A stretch of DNA of 52,078 nt, counting the filler, from Catajapyx aquilonaris (Eukaryota), in assembly GCA_000934665.2 (NCBI GenBank). It is 2 parts of 2 records of this genome, joined end to end, with 100 filler letters (N's around TTAATTAATTAA, not from the genome) between each part and the next. Parts side by side here need not be neighbours in the genome. Positions count along the whole stretch, not along the records: positions 1 to 25,989 come from JYFJ02005273.1; 1 more part is not named here. One strand, written 5' to 3'. The position numbers and the translations under genes were made by a program. Below, one piece after another: positions 11,923-22,959 of this stretch (the stretch's first letter is position 1; every line of letters begins with the position of its first letter). The notes under the pieces were generated by a model that was not told where the DNA came from, made no database searches, and worked only from the letters and a program-made list of their open reading frames with translations.

Positions 11923-14900
11923 TAGCTGGTTGGGGAGGTGCGGTGGCCGAGATGGTAATGTTTCGGCTTGCTGAGTGAAAGGTCCCAGGTTCTATCCCCA
12001 CCTGGGAGCTCCCTTTCACCTGCATCGGAAGGGTCTCTGACCCGCACCTGGGAGGTGTATGGCAACCTAACCTCCTGGGGGACTGCACATGACCCAGTTT
12101 GAGACATTGCACTTGCACGTGTCCCCGCCCCAAAAATCCCTCCCTTACCAAAATTTAACCTCACCTGGTAAACCTGGTTAACCTGGTAAACTCGCCTAGA
12201 CCTCATCGCAACCTCGCGGACTCCTAAATCCCTCTCTGGCCTCGCTATGACTAGGTAGCCGCCACCTTGCGACGACCTCGTCATTTCGCCAGGTCTTCTG
12301 ACCTCGCCATGACTAGGTAGGCACTACCTCGGGTGACCTCGTCATTTCGCCAGGTTTCCTGACCTCGTCCTTTCGTGCGCTTGCAGGATGACCTCACGGG
12401 CAAGGTAGCGGCAAGCTAGCTGCTTACCCAACTGCATACTAGCGGTTGTGTCATTTGGCCAGGTCGCGGCTAGGTGGGCAGCGAGGTAGGCGCGAGGTTA
12501 TTAGGCGAGGTAGTCGCAAGCAATGTGGGCGTATGTGGGGCAGCTTCCCGCGTCCAGATGGCGCTGCCGTCGGTGTATCGTTGCACCGATTTATCCCACA
12601 ACAATGCGAATTAATTTTGGCCATTACACTTGTGCAAAGGTGGCTGGAAACTCCACTGCATGCGGCTCATTTACCCCCGAGGTACTTCATTGTGACATTA
12701 ATTTGCTAGAGTCGTTAAATGGCAATGCTGTTTGGTGTGAGCAGGACAATCCACGGTATGGAAAGGCAGCTTTTTCTGCGAAGGCTCAACAAGAAGAGCC
12801 ACACAAGCCGGGCACCTCCAGACTTCTCTGAAAACCAAGAAACCAACCATGCGTAGAAGCGAATAATAAAAAGCGAAAAAGCCACTTCCCCATCCCCAGT
12901 TAGCAAACCCATGTGGGTCCAATAGGCCCACAAAGGTTTGCTAACTGGGATATATCGTATGTCAATATTGCCATAATTATATCGTATGTCAATATTGCCA
13001 TAATTATATCGTATGTCAATATTGCCATAATTATATGGTATGCCAATATTGCGGGGAGGTGTGGTGGCCGAGATGGTAACGTCTCAGCTTGCTGAGTGAA
13101 AGGCCCCAGGTTTGATCCCCGCCTGGGGAACTTCCTTTCACCTGCATCGGGAGGGTCTCTGACCTGCACCTTGGAGGTGTCTGGTAACTTAACATCCTGG
13201 AGGACTGCACATGGCCCAAAGGTTTCATGACATTGCATCTGTACAAGTGTCCCCTCCCCAACAATCCCTATCCTTTCCCTATGTCCCTGTTTCCTTGCAC
13301 CGGAGAATGAAGAAAAAGTTGTAAAAACACTAGAAAACTGATGGTGGTATGCCAACCCCCTAAAACGGCTTACGGCTGTATCATGGGGTAATCTATTTAA
13401 AAAATTTTAAAAAGTATGCCAATATTGCCATATACAGGGTGTATCAAAACTCTACCATAAGCCATGTACCAATGGCATAAGGGGCACCAGAGCATCATTA
13501 TATGTAGAGGGGTCATCATGTCTAGGCAGCCACATCACGTAGATAATTGATCATTTGCGAAGTAGCGATTGCGCTTAAGCGTGATTGTAGAATAGCAGTG
13601 CATCTGGGGGGAACTGCATTCTAAGAGCCCTCAGTGACTACCCCAATAGCAGTGTGGCAGTAGCTCCCCAGAAAATAGCTGCGACCTTCACCTGTGATGC
13701 GATTGGCGGCTGAAGGTTTGCATACCTGCCAGGATATTTTATACCTATTGGTTGAGGTCAATTATCTCGGTCATGCGGCGGCCCAGGCCTATGATTCTGA
13801 TACTGTAAATGATCATCTGCTGACCATTACGCCATTGGCATATGGCTTATGGTAGAGTTTTGATACACCCTGTATAGAGAAAAGTTACAGTTTCAGTATT
13901 GCCCCAAGATATATTATACCTTGTCACTAGGTCTTGAGCTGTTACCTTTCCACTACCTATCAGGGACTATCTCGTTGCAACCTAGTGGACTGACCTCGTT
14001 TGGCCTTGTATATGAAACAACTACCAGCAGGTTAGGTTAGGTAGTGACGTAGCTTGCTGCTAGCTTGCAGAAGAGGTTTACCACGAGTTAGCTGCGAGGT
14101 TGCAGGATTTTGGTAAGGGCAACTTTCTAGCCCAGGTTTTCACTACTCAGGGCAGATATGTAACAAGAGTTTCCCCTTTTTCATCGAATATTATTAACTA
14201 GGAACAACTTCCAATAAAAGTTACTATGAGTGACAGCTAAATCGATCCTGGAAGACAAACCTTAGCATACGTTTACTGATGGTCCTTTATTGATGCCCAA
14301 GGCCGGAATCGTGGTGGCTCGCGTCAGCCTACAGAGGCATAAATTGTGACGTAACTCCCATACGGACGAAGGACGCCATCGAGGTGAAAAGTTACGGGAG
14401 GCGCGTGATTGAAATCATCCTGCAAATCCACAGGGACGTCTCGAGATTCCATAGGACTTATGGGAGTGTTGGCACTGGGCTTTTTCAGGCCCCTAGGGAA
14501 TTTTGGTGGGGCAGGGTTTGCTTCAGGTTGGTGGGGAGAATCCCCAGTGGCGGCCCCAGGGTGGCCTGGGGGCCACTTGGGATGCGCTTTCCGTCAGGTC
14601 GAATTTCTTATCACCTCCCCAACTGAATGCAATGGTGTGGGATGTAGCCAGGGGCAGCCCGGGGGCCAGTTTGGATGCGCATTGTAGTCGGGAAGGATTT
14701 TCGCCGCCGGCCACATGATTCACATTGCACACCTAAAGACCTCAAGAAAATATACTTCCTATCACCCTATGCAACATGATGGATTTTCAAAAGGAGTGAG
14801 TGCCCCTGGCCTAGTCCGTATCAATTCGGGCAGGAGGGTTACCTTCATAATCTCAGATGGCGCCTCGGGCGCCATATTTCTCACTTGGGATTATCGGCAA

Positions 14901-17900
14901 CATTTTGAAACACTCTATCTCTGGAACGGTTAAACATACTTTGTTGCGGGTTTTTTTATTTGAAAGATGATATTCTTCCGATTACAATGATATCCTCTGT
15001 TTGGAAATATGTGTCCAAGTTCTCTTGCTGTAGCCTTTTGGATTTCTTTTTCAAAAAATCAAAATTAATTTTTTTTTCAAAAAAGGCAATCCCAAAAATT
15101 TTGATTTTCTGACTGTTGATTAGTACCATAGAGTACTACATTCCCTGAAAAGGAGAGCTTCCACTTTTGAGTTTAACAGGTTGTATAAACAATGTTCATG
15201 TTTAAGCTTCTGTGGTTAATTTGGATTGGATACAAGATGGCTGGGGCCAGGATCCACACCGATCCACACCCTACTCGTGTGAAAATATCAGTGGTAATGA
15301 TCCTATTGATTGTGAACAACAGGTCTGCCGTCAGTTGTAAGAAGACCGTAACTCAAAAACTAGTAAGGGCGAAAGTCGCATGCATGCCGTGCACTAATCC
15401 ACCCTGGCTCAGAGGGGATTAGTGCAGGGCGTGCATGCGACTTTCGCCCTTAGTGGTTTTCGAGTTACGGTCTTCTTACATCTGACGGCAGAGGTGAAGT
15501 TGCAACCCATCCTTTGTGGTCCAACAGCACTTAATAAGTAAGCTTTTGTGAGGATTCCGCTGATCACGGTGTTAAAAGATTTAAATTTACATAAAATTAA
15601 AATTAAATAAAGATTAAATTTTGGAAACTTTAGTATGCTTTGAAAGCTGTATCTGTAACTTATATTTATTAAGAATTAAAATGCCATGGCAAATAAGACT
15701 AGAGTTTGATATCATGAGACCAATATGTGAGTATGTGTGACAGAAATTGGTTTAAAGGGACACTCCACTCAAAATACAAGTTGGGTTCTAACTAATATAA
15801 AGCGTGTAAAAAAAAAAATCAGGCAAAAAATCCTGATTCCGAGGGTATAAGCAGTTTTTCTTAGAGACGAACGGTAAGGCCAGTGTGAAAGCTGGAAGTG
15901 TGTCGTTCGAAAACCGCGCGCGGGGCAGGTGGGCACAGGTGGCGACGCCACCAGAGTGGAACCGGGCGGAACTTGAGAAAGCATCCTGGCGCGGCATGGT
16001 GTTTACAATGCGCACTATACTTCTCCGGTTTGCCGCGAGATGCTGTTGTATCGCCCTTCTTAGCAGACGACGTGTGTAGATATATGATTATCCGTGTTAC
16101 CGTTGGGCGTAGGAAAAAACCGATTGCACATTCGGAATCAGGATTTTTTGCCCGATTTTTGGGGGCCAACTTGTATTTTGAGTGGAGTGTCCCTTTAATG
16201 CACATGGCAAAATTTTCAATTGTTTATAAAACCTGTTAAACTCAAAAGTGGAAGCTCTCCTTTTCAGGGAATGTAGTACTCGATGGTACTAATCAACAGT
16301 CAGAAAATCAAAATTTTTGGGATTGCCTTTTTGAAAAAAAAAATATTTTTGATTTTTCGGAAAAGAAATCCAAAAGGCTACAGCAAGAGAACTTGGACAC
16401 ATATTTCCAAACGGAGGATATCATTTTAATCGGAAGAATATCATCTTTCAAATTTTAAAAAACCCGCAACAAAGTATCTTTAACCGTTCCAGATATAGAG
16501 CGTTTCAAAATTTCGCCGATAATCCCAAGTGAGAAATATGGCGCCCGAGGCGCCATCTTTGGCGGCCTGTATCTCGGGCCAGGAATTATTTTGAACAAAA
16601 CAATAAAAATACGGGTCTCTTACCTTTGCCTGAATTTTAACATATATGTTAAATTCAAAAACATCTGAGACTATGAAGGTAAGATTTTCTCTTTGCCTGC
16701 CTGAATTGATATGGACTAGGCCCCGGCTACACTGTGCAACAATCATATCTGGACCATTTTTCTCTGGCAGGGTGGCACAGAAAACACCACCCGGCAAATC
16801 CCCATGGTCCTGCAGGTGGCCCACGAGGGCCGACATGACACTCATGTGTGCTCCAGTTTGGGCGCCTCCGCCTCCTCCCAGTGCTTGCAGTACGTGAACT
16901 TGCTGATACCAACATGTTTTTTTATTTTATTTATACCTCATTGGGAGAATCAGCACTCCGTTAGGGGGGTGGACTTGGGGGTGGAGTACCACCATTGGAT
17001 GGGACCAAGGATAGGGAGGGAAGGAAGCTGCTGTGGCCTATTATACGGAAACAACCCCGGAATGGGGAACTAGCCTTGGTCTGGGATTTGGGATTTTTGT
17101 TCATAACTAGCTAGCCCATGCCTGTAAACATACATTCCATCACTCTGTTGCATCAAAATGACATTACTGGATAAATGAAGGCATATTTAAAAGTGCCTTC
17201 AAAATTGGCGGGAAAAACGGGGCAGCGGAGTGGTGCCAATGGAAGTGTACACTACAATGCCTGGTTTACTGCGAGAGATGAGGAAGTTGATTTTGAATAT
17301 ACTGCGGATACGACGGAAAACATTCGCAAGGCGGCTGCAGGTCATCTAGGTGGAGAAAGGGGGCCTTTATGTGCCGGATTCGGGAGACAGATAATTCCGA
17401 GCTGCTGGCATCACTGCCACGCACGAAGTGCTCTGAGCGGAGTCTAGTAAAAACGCGCCCGTTACCTGGCAACTAAGTAAACACTCGGACTGCTAAAATG
17501 TCCAGCCGTGTCCAGCACAGTACAACGAATTATTTTACGACCCTGCGCGTTCTATAACATCATTTTTGCGTTCATTTCACTTCACGTGACGTCAACATTT
17601 TCGAGGAAAACAGTGACGCCACCATTTTCCTTCGAAAAAACCCTAATTACTCCGGAACTGAAACGGATTTCTTAAAACGGAATATGCCAAAAAAATCCCA
17701 AAAATATGGTCGAATTTATTATGTAGTTTCCAAAATGAAGGCTACTTCCCCATTATCCTGGGGGGACCGCGGAAAACCACAGAAAACGACGGTCAGAGTT
17801 GCGGGCCCCGGGATTAGAACCCAGGACCTCCCGATTAGCAGTCGGGTTCCTTAACCACCACACCGTGATGCCGACATGTTGGAATTTGTGTTACCGCCAG

Positions 17901-20900
17901 CCCAATACTAGCGCTCTGTTCAGGGATTGGCTGTTAGAGCCCATTGCGTCACGGATACCGAGCGTTTACATGTGCTAGCAGGCGGGTGCAGGGGGTGAGT
18001 CTGGCCGATTAAAGAGCCGATATGGGAGGCCACCGCAATGGACTTCTCTTTTAAATATACGGCCCCTTTACTGGCCGCCATGTTTACAGGCGTGATGTCA
18101 CTTGTGGGACCATACCTGTGGGAGCCACTACGATTCCGGCCTAAATATCTTGCTGATGTATTATTTTCAGAAATCTCTTAAGTGTGTCACTCCACTTTGT
18201 GTAATATTTTCTGGAACATACTGAATACTCACTTTGTACTTCACTGGGTCCATAGAGTGTCTTCTGAATAGTTCCACTATGGAGAGCACCTGGGTATATT
18301 TCTCCTCTGAATAGCAGGATACAATAACTGATGTTCCAACACAACCAAACAAATAGATGAGGTCACTGGACACTAAAAAGGTGAGATAGTCATGCAATAA
18401 TTGAAAAGCCCTTTTGGCAGAGCAAGGCTCTTAAAATTTCTTACTTTTTGGATCAAACAAATGACTAAACTTCTCAGCCATTTGCTCTTTCTCGTTAAGC
18501 AAACCCTTCACAAATCCCAGGAGAGCTTCTTGCAGGTGACTTCCTTGAAGTTTTTGTAACAGCTGATGTATATCGGCACTCAGTCCCAACCTCACCAGGT
18601 TCTGTAGGAGTGGTGTCATATGGCGTAGTGTGTTTGCAGAGTCAAGACCACACTCAGTTTCCTCCACAGCTGTAATCTCATCCTCATCCGAGTCCTCATC
18701 CACCCGTGCAGATATTGCTCCCCTGGAATCCATCGACTCCCCACCAGGCCCATGGCAGTACACATGCTGCAACAGCAAAATGTTTACTACAGGTTGAGAA
18801 TCCTTTATCCGAAATTCCGAAATCTGAAAACCTCCTAAATCCGAAAGTTTTTGGAGTGCAGCTGACATTACACACCACAATGGAAAATTCCATGTGAGTA
18901 TAACGCGACTAGCATCATCACCTGTGTCTGTATGCATACAAAATCACGAAAAATTTATATAAAATTACCGCCAGGGTTAATATACAGGGTGGACGGAAAG
19001 TCCCCCCCCCCCATTTGGGATTCTAATGTGTCATCGGAGGAGATATTCTTAATGTGGAAATATGTCAAGTTGATTAATTTACCAGGGTAGGACTGTTTGT
19101 ACCTACGAACAAATTTTAAAGTAAAAATGGAGAATACCAGTATGAGAATTGGAAAGTAATGAACCTGGGTCAGCCAGAAGTTGATCAACTTTTGATATTT
19201 TTATGCGACCAGGTGATAGACCAATGCAAAAAATGTCAGGAATCAATTCACCACAATTTAATGGAGGGGAACTCAAGGAAAAGGATCGTGAAAACCTTAC
19301 CTGCTGCAGAATACAATCAGGTTCCTCCGAGGTAACAAGCAAAATAAAAGCAAAACAGATAGGATGAGTCACTGAGGCTGTTGTCAAGATTATGCTTCGA
19401 AAGATAGTGTACATTAGAACTGCTTGCGAGCATTTCAAAGATGTGAACGGATGCTGTGAAATGTAGGGTTCGAACACCTGGAGGGGGTGTCCGGGGGGGG
19501 GGGGNGGGTGTCCAAAACTTTCCGTTCACCCTGTATAATCCCTTTATGATATGTATATGGATATCGTGTTCAGGGTTTTATCCCATCGTGAAGCTGTCTT
19601 GTTTTATAGACACAAATATTCCAAAATCAGGAAATATCCGAAATCTATAACACTTATGGTCACAAGCATTTTGGATACAGGATTCTCAACTTGTATTATC
19701 ATAGCCTCCCAAGTCTGCATTTTTATCGTTCATCTTTTTCCTCGAGAGAGATGAGTGATGTCACAATATCAACATGGAGGGGCCCCACCAGAAATTTTTT
19801 CGAACATCTTTGAACAAGTCTTTTGCCTTGTGAATTTTCATGATGGCTGCCAACTATCCGGGTCTACTTCACTTCTAACCTGCACTTGTGCCATTGGGGC
19901 TCAGAAACTCTAGAGCAAGACAGATGGAAGCACAATTGAAATTCAAATCATTCTTGATCACTTCCACCACTCCTGGTTTCCCTCACGCCTTTCCCTTCTT
20001 CCCCAGTTCACTTTGCAAGAATCCTCTGCTGCTACATCAACCTCTCCAAAAAAAGGGAGAACAAGAAAAAAGTGTCTTAGGTTCACATGCTGAAGTAGCA
20101 ATTATGGTTCCTCCCATCTCTCACATTCTACCTGATAAAATGTATTACTCACATCGCTGTGGCTAGAAGGGATGTCACATGAGATGCTTGCATTTGTAGT
20201 ACTGTCTTCTTGGAGTATTGATGAGGAATGTAGCTGGTCAGTGGGTTGAATAATGCTTGAGTTTGACAATGCAGGGAGAGAAGCAATGTCAGCACTTCCC
20301 CTCATGTGCAGAAGGATATCTGCAACCTACAGTGTACCAACACAAGCAAAATGTAAGTCCCTAGTTTTAAAAAGTACTGGATACTGGTAACACCAGTAAA
20401 CAACAATAAAATTAAACTTTCATTGATCGAATATATGTCATAAGGTGGGTGCTGCTACATTAACCCTCTGGCTGCTGCGCAGTGTCCGTGCTTTACGGAC
20501 ACTCACTTTGAGATGTGTTTTTTTGCCAAGAATATACAGGGTGTATCTGAACTCAGTGCCCCGACGTATATGACTGCCTTCCTAGCCACCAGAGGATCGA
20601 TTTAAGTATAGGAGTCATTATGTTTGGCCGCCGCATTACGGAGATAATTGGCCGTAAACATGTAGTACAAAATATCCTGTCGGTTAGGCCACCCATCGAA
20701 CCCTCCCCCAATCAGAAGGCTCTGGAAGGTCTGGGGGCGGGACTTTGTTGGTTTGTTGCCCACAGGTGGTAAGGCCTCTTTTGGCTAGTTACACCAGAAA
20801 ATTCTATTTAAAAGTCAGAAGGAGCGATTAGGCAAAATTCGCTAAAGAGTGGATCTCAGTAATGAGGCTGCCCAGACATATGACTCCTATACTTAAATCG

Positions 20901-22638
20901 ATCCTCTGGTGGCTAGGAAGGCAGTCATATACGTCGGGGCACTCAGTTCAGATACACCCTGTATAAATCGTAAATGAATGCGGTTTTCGGCATATTCACA
21001 AGCAAAACAAGCAGAATTCATCACAAAAATCACTGGCTCAAGTGCTTTGTCAGACTTTTTCATATGACGCCATCTTCCGGCAGCTATATTGGAAAGGTTC
21101 TATGCGCAATCATCGAGATTGTACAGGATCATCGAAAAAGAATGTCCCAATTTTAAAACGCTATAACTCGAAAACTTGCAGACATATCTTAATGATTGAA
21201 GTTTTGAAATTCTAAGAAATGTGTAAAGTTTAGGTCTCACATCAGTTGAAAGTCTATGGGGAACACAAAAATCAATACTTTCAATGTTACAAAATAAAAG
21301 CAACTGATCTTGCTGACTACATAAATATCTGGACTTTCTATCAATATCCATCTTATGCTTGTATGTTTATGGGAACTTGGTAAAGGTGGGGAAATACAAC
21401 TAGAGTGCAATTTGACTCATTTTCAGTCCATAAATATGCACAAAATAATAATGACACCAAAGATTGTGGGTCAAAAAGTTCCAGATGTGCTCAGAATTTT
21501 TTTCCTGTGTACTCTATTGCATCAAAATTTCATCCATGTGTAGGAAAAGTGAGTGTGAATTACAGGGTGTCCCACTCGCTACTTTACCCAGCATTTCCTT
21601 AATAACGTTAACATGAATGAAGATATCCCAATGAAATCTGAGCTGAATTAACCTCATTATGTGAGCATGGAAATGGCATCACAGCAAGTGCTGGAAATGG
21701 CCACCATTTGCATCCAGGCAGGCCTGAACACAAAGCTCCATATTTTGGAATGTCCTGGTCAGCATGTCCTGAGGCCTTGCCAGAATTTCTTGGGACGATG
21801 TTTTCTTTCAGGTGTCAATGGATCGTGGTTAGTTGCGGTACATATGCCAGCATGGCTGAAATTCAATCCTATTCCAGTGACTGAGTCATTTCGAAGGGAC
21901 TTTGGCTACCACTGTTGCCCAATCTTACACCACCAGATTACTTCTCATGGAGCTATCTGAAAGGACGAGTGTACCGAAACAAGCCACGATTCATAGACGC
22001 CTTGAAAAAACATACTCCACGAAATTCAGGCAGTGCCTCAGGCCACTCTGGCCAGGACCTTTCAAAATATGGAGCTTCGCGTTCAGGCCTGCCTGGACGC
22101 AGATGGTGGGCATTTCCAGAACATGTTGTGATGGCATTATTTTCCTTTCTCACATAATGAGGTTAGTTCAGTTCAAATTTCATACTTTGGGCACAAAAAT
22201 TCGGCATCGAGAAACACATTAATATTTCTTGGCTCCTTTGTTTCACAATTTACAACCTTTTTAAATAAATAATAATTTCCCGTGCTGGGCCATAACTACA
22301 ACCTAATTTGGTCGCTAGATGGGTTGATTGATTGATGATATTTTTTTGGCACAATAGCAGCAGTGACCATACTGCACAAAACACATCGCTGGATGGGTAA
22401 ACCTATCTAATACCTAACAACTCGTCATCCTGTGCTTATTCACACCTAAGGCGGCGTATGAGTGACACACTTGCTTTCACTTGAATCACAGTTCAATTAC
22501 TAATATCTCTCACTGTTCAGAACATTTTGCACAATCTTCAGACTTACCTCCAATGTATTATTATCTGTTTCATTCCTAAAGCTGTTCATATCCATTTCAC
22601 GCCGGGTTCCTCCAGAACTTGTCTCAGGTTGGTGAATA
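2057..22638 (-). CDS. Multi-exon gene encoding an alpha-helical protein, tentatively TOPAZ1-like C-terminal region (5' structure uncertain)
   Basis: GT-AG exons: 22548-22638(?), 21241-21351(?), 20153-20326, 18445-18766, 18233-18372, 10134-10236, 8353-8422(?), 6473-6931, 2384-2853, 2057-2080(?). The junctions 20153>18766>18372>10236 and 6473>2853 join in frame; 8353-8422 fits only its downstream neighbour. Segments FGCVGTSVIVSCYSEEKYTQVLSIVELF..VAIVKSYLQEGRGYAAI and AFRDGQQAGIY...LEMEVAL resemble TOPAZ1 from memory. Gene existence is better supported than the name. Confidence 0.6.
3445..4765. mobile_element. 1.3-kb almost fully palindromic MITE, Chapaev3-like (CAC...GTG termini, TTA TSD)
   Basis: Begins CACAGCGCAACAAAA and ends TTTTGTTGCGCTGTG, with TTA on both flanks. 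Arms of ~650 bp are near-identical reverse complements meeting at ~4095-4113. Confidence 0.85.
5258..5308. repeat. Compound (GT)n-(G)n-(GA)n microsatellite
   Basis: Directly visible. Confidence 0.9.
5828..6416 (-). mobile_element. Decayed maT/Bmmar1-type (DD37D) transposase 5' portion
   Basis: Minus strand reads QWAIKQNHVTVIALQKCRISPSEIFILLKPLQISKKFIHSANMRYNQLSSVGDRPRAGRPH*RTP..RICRNPLLKK..EMNI..MFRMIKEDL..RSTGHR, matching the Bmmar1-type N-terminal HTH region with stops. TIR-like GTCATGCC-AAAAAT occurs in inverted copies at 6246-6260 and 6401-6414. Confidence 0.75.
7233..8261. mobile_element. ~1-kb palindromic (foldback) MITE, possibly Sola-type (GAG...CTC core termini 7257-8237)
   Basis: ~480-bp arms are near-perfect reverse complements (GAGCCCTGTGTTTGACTCTAAACAACTCCCAGGC... 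/ ...GCCTGGGAGTTGTTTAGAGTCAAACCCAGGGCTC). Superfamily assignment is inference. Confidence 0.85.
8941..9641 (+). mobile_element. Internally deleted Tc1/mariner element (rosa/DD41D-type)
   Basis: TA-CAGGGTGTC...GACACCCTG-TA with ~110-bp TIRs. Residual transposase reads SAEEKAWCVLQ fused to LMPQLQEDAPDFIFQHDGAPPH...WPPRSPDLTPSDFFLWRYIKDAVF. Confidence 0.85.
9773..9944 (+). mobile_element. tRNA-derived SINE, family A, truncated copy
   Basis: A box TGGCCGTGATGG and B box GGTTCGATCCC; body aligns with the copies at 11932 and 13053. Confidence 0.75.
10294..10549. mobile_element. Small MITE with ~28-bp inverted termini
   Basis: ATATGAAGACCTCGGGGAAAGATCAATC / GATTGATTTTCTCCCGAGGTCTTCATAT. Confidence 0.55.
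10549..10618. mobile_element. 70-bp hairpin mini-MITE flanked by TA
   Basis: CTCGGATGCGCGGGAAAAAGAGCACAAGTCAAA / TTTGACTTGTGCTATTTTTCCCGCGCATCCGAG. Confidence 0.65.
11278..11521. mobile_element. Sola2-like MITE
   Basis: GAGGGGTG...CACCCCTC termini, ~33-bp TIR, perfect 4-bp TSD ATTT (11274-11277, 11522-11525). Confidence 0.75.
11646..11921 (+). mobile_element. tRNA-derived SINE, family B, with (AAT)n tail
   Basis: A box TGGTCTAGCGG and B box GGTTCAATTCC; ends in an (AAT)n run at 11868-11921. Confidence 0.75.
11932..12141 (+). mobile_element. tRNA-derived SINE, family A, 3'-truncated copy
   Basis: A box TGGCCGAGATGG; collinear with 13053-13268 and stops where the CCCTTACCAAAAT element begins. 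Confidence 0.75.
12951..13052. repeat. 27-bp minisatellite (about 3.8 units of TATATCGTATGTCAATATTGCCATAAT)
   Basis: Directly visible tandem units; preceded by a 55-bp CCCAG...CTGGG hairpin (12895-12949). Confidence 0.9.
13053..13413 (+). mobile_element. Full-length tRNA-derived SINE, family A (361 bp), with 15-bp TSD
   Basis: A and B boxes, A-rich tail, perfect TSD GTATGCCAATATTGC at 13038-13052 and 13414-13428. Confidence 0.85.
13435..13872. mobile_element. Tc1/mariner-type MITE (TA TSD)
   Basis: TA-CAGGGTGTATCAAAACTCTACCATAAGCCAT... / ...ATGGCTTATGGTAGAGTTTTGATACACCCTG-TA. Confidence 0.85.
15324..15492. repeat. 169-bp palindromic hairpin (mini-MITE)
   Basis: TCTGCCGTCAGTTGTAAGAAGACCGTAACTC... 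/ ...GAGTTACGGTCTTCTTACATCTGACGGCAGA. Confidence 0.75.
15756..16194. mobile_element. Kolobok-like MITE with TTAA TSD
   Basis: TTAA-AGGGACACTCCACTCAAAATACAAGTTGG ... CCAACTTGTATTTTGAGTGGAGTGTCCCT-TTAA; 29-bp perfect TIR with RR...YY termini. Confidence 0.8.
17745..17875 (-). mobile_element. tRNA-derived SINE head, family C
   Basis: Minus strand GGTGTGGTGGTTAAGG (A box) ... GGTTCTAATCCC (B box), followed by TTTTCTGTGGTTTTCC SINE-like body. Confidence 0.65.
18790..19693. mobile_element. pogo/Tigger-like MITE (TA TSD) with a nested Tc1-like insertion
   Basis: TA-CAGGTTGAGAATCCTTTATCCGAAAT ... ATTTTGGATACAGGATTCTCAACTTG-TA. Confidence 0.7.
18985..19533. mobile_element. Tc1/mariner-type MITE nested in the Tigger-like element
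   Basis: TA-CAGGGTGGACGGAAAGT ... ACTTTCCGTTCACCCTG-TA. Confidence 0.75.
20537..20961. mobile_element. Tc1/mariner-type MITE (TA TSD, ~80-bp near-perfect TIRs)
   Basis: TA-CAGGGTGTATCTGAACTCAGTGCCCCGACGTATATGACTGCC... and its reverse complement ending GATACACCCTG-TA. Confidence 0.88.
21563..22183. mobile_element. Decayed DD41D-type Tc1/mariner relic with inverted duplication of the transposase 3' end
   Basis: Starts TA-CAGGGTGTCC. Plus strand gives PNLTPPDYFSWSYLKGRVYRNKP...RVQACLDADGGHFQNML. 21630-21840 is the inverted copy of 21965-22183. Confidence 0.7.
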
Positions 22639-22959
22639 CTAATGAAAGATAATTATGACGATAATGGTGATGGTGAAAATAATAGGACATCCACAAAGTA
22701 TAATAAGAATTGGGAGGTAAGTGTCCATAAAATTATTCACCTAACACAACAGTGCAGCATGACAGCACATACTTTCATCATGACAACTGAGGTATTTGTC
22801 ATACCACGGAAATAGGGTTAGTATCTCTTCATCAAAGAATGGCCACCACCTCTTTTGCACCTTGTCACAGCCCTGACCCTTGCCTGACAAGAATTTTCAG
22901 AACGTGGAGGCAGGGCCATCCCTTGAGCTGGGTGGACAGTGTGGCCACCCTGGACTATA

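Larger units (their letters stand above)
12142..14119. mobile_element. Non-autonomous CMC/EnSpm-like element with subterminal GACCTCG repeats and nested insertions
   Basis: 13-bp TIR CCCTTACCAAAAT / ATTTTGGTAAGGG; many GACCTCG/CGAGGT motifs near the ends; no clean TSD seen. Confidence 0.5.
14811..16719. mobile_element. Long-TIR non-autonomous DNA transposon (Mutator-like by TSD length) with nested insertions
   Basis: CTAGTCC...GGACTAG termini; inverted arms 14855-15193 / 16219-16558; flanks GCCCCTGGC / GCCCC-GGC resemble a 9-bp TSD. Confidence 0.7.

Noticed and set aside
19301..19324. Candidate 24-nt micro-exon EPDCILQQ with a good GTAAGG donor
   Set aside because: Lies inside a nested Tc1-type MITE, and the flanking exons already join in phase 0; exonisation cannot be excluded without RNA data
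19810..20130. Purine-rich minus-strand stretch that looks coding
   Set aside because: Stops in all three frames and no consistent splice sites; possibly a decayed retroelement but not assignable
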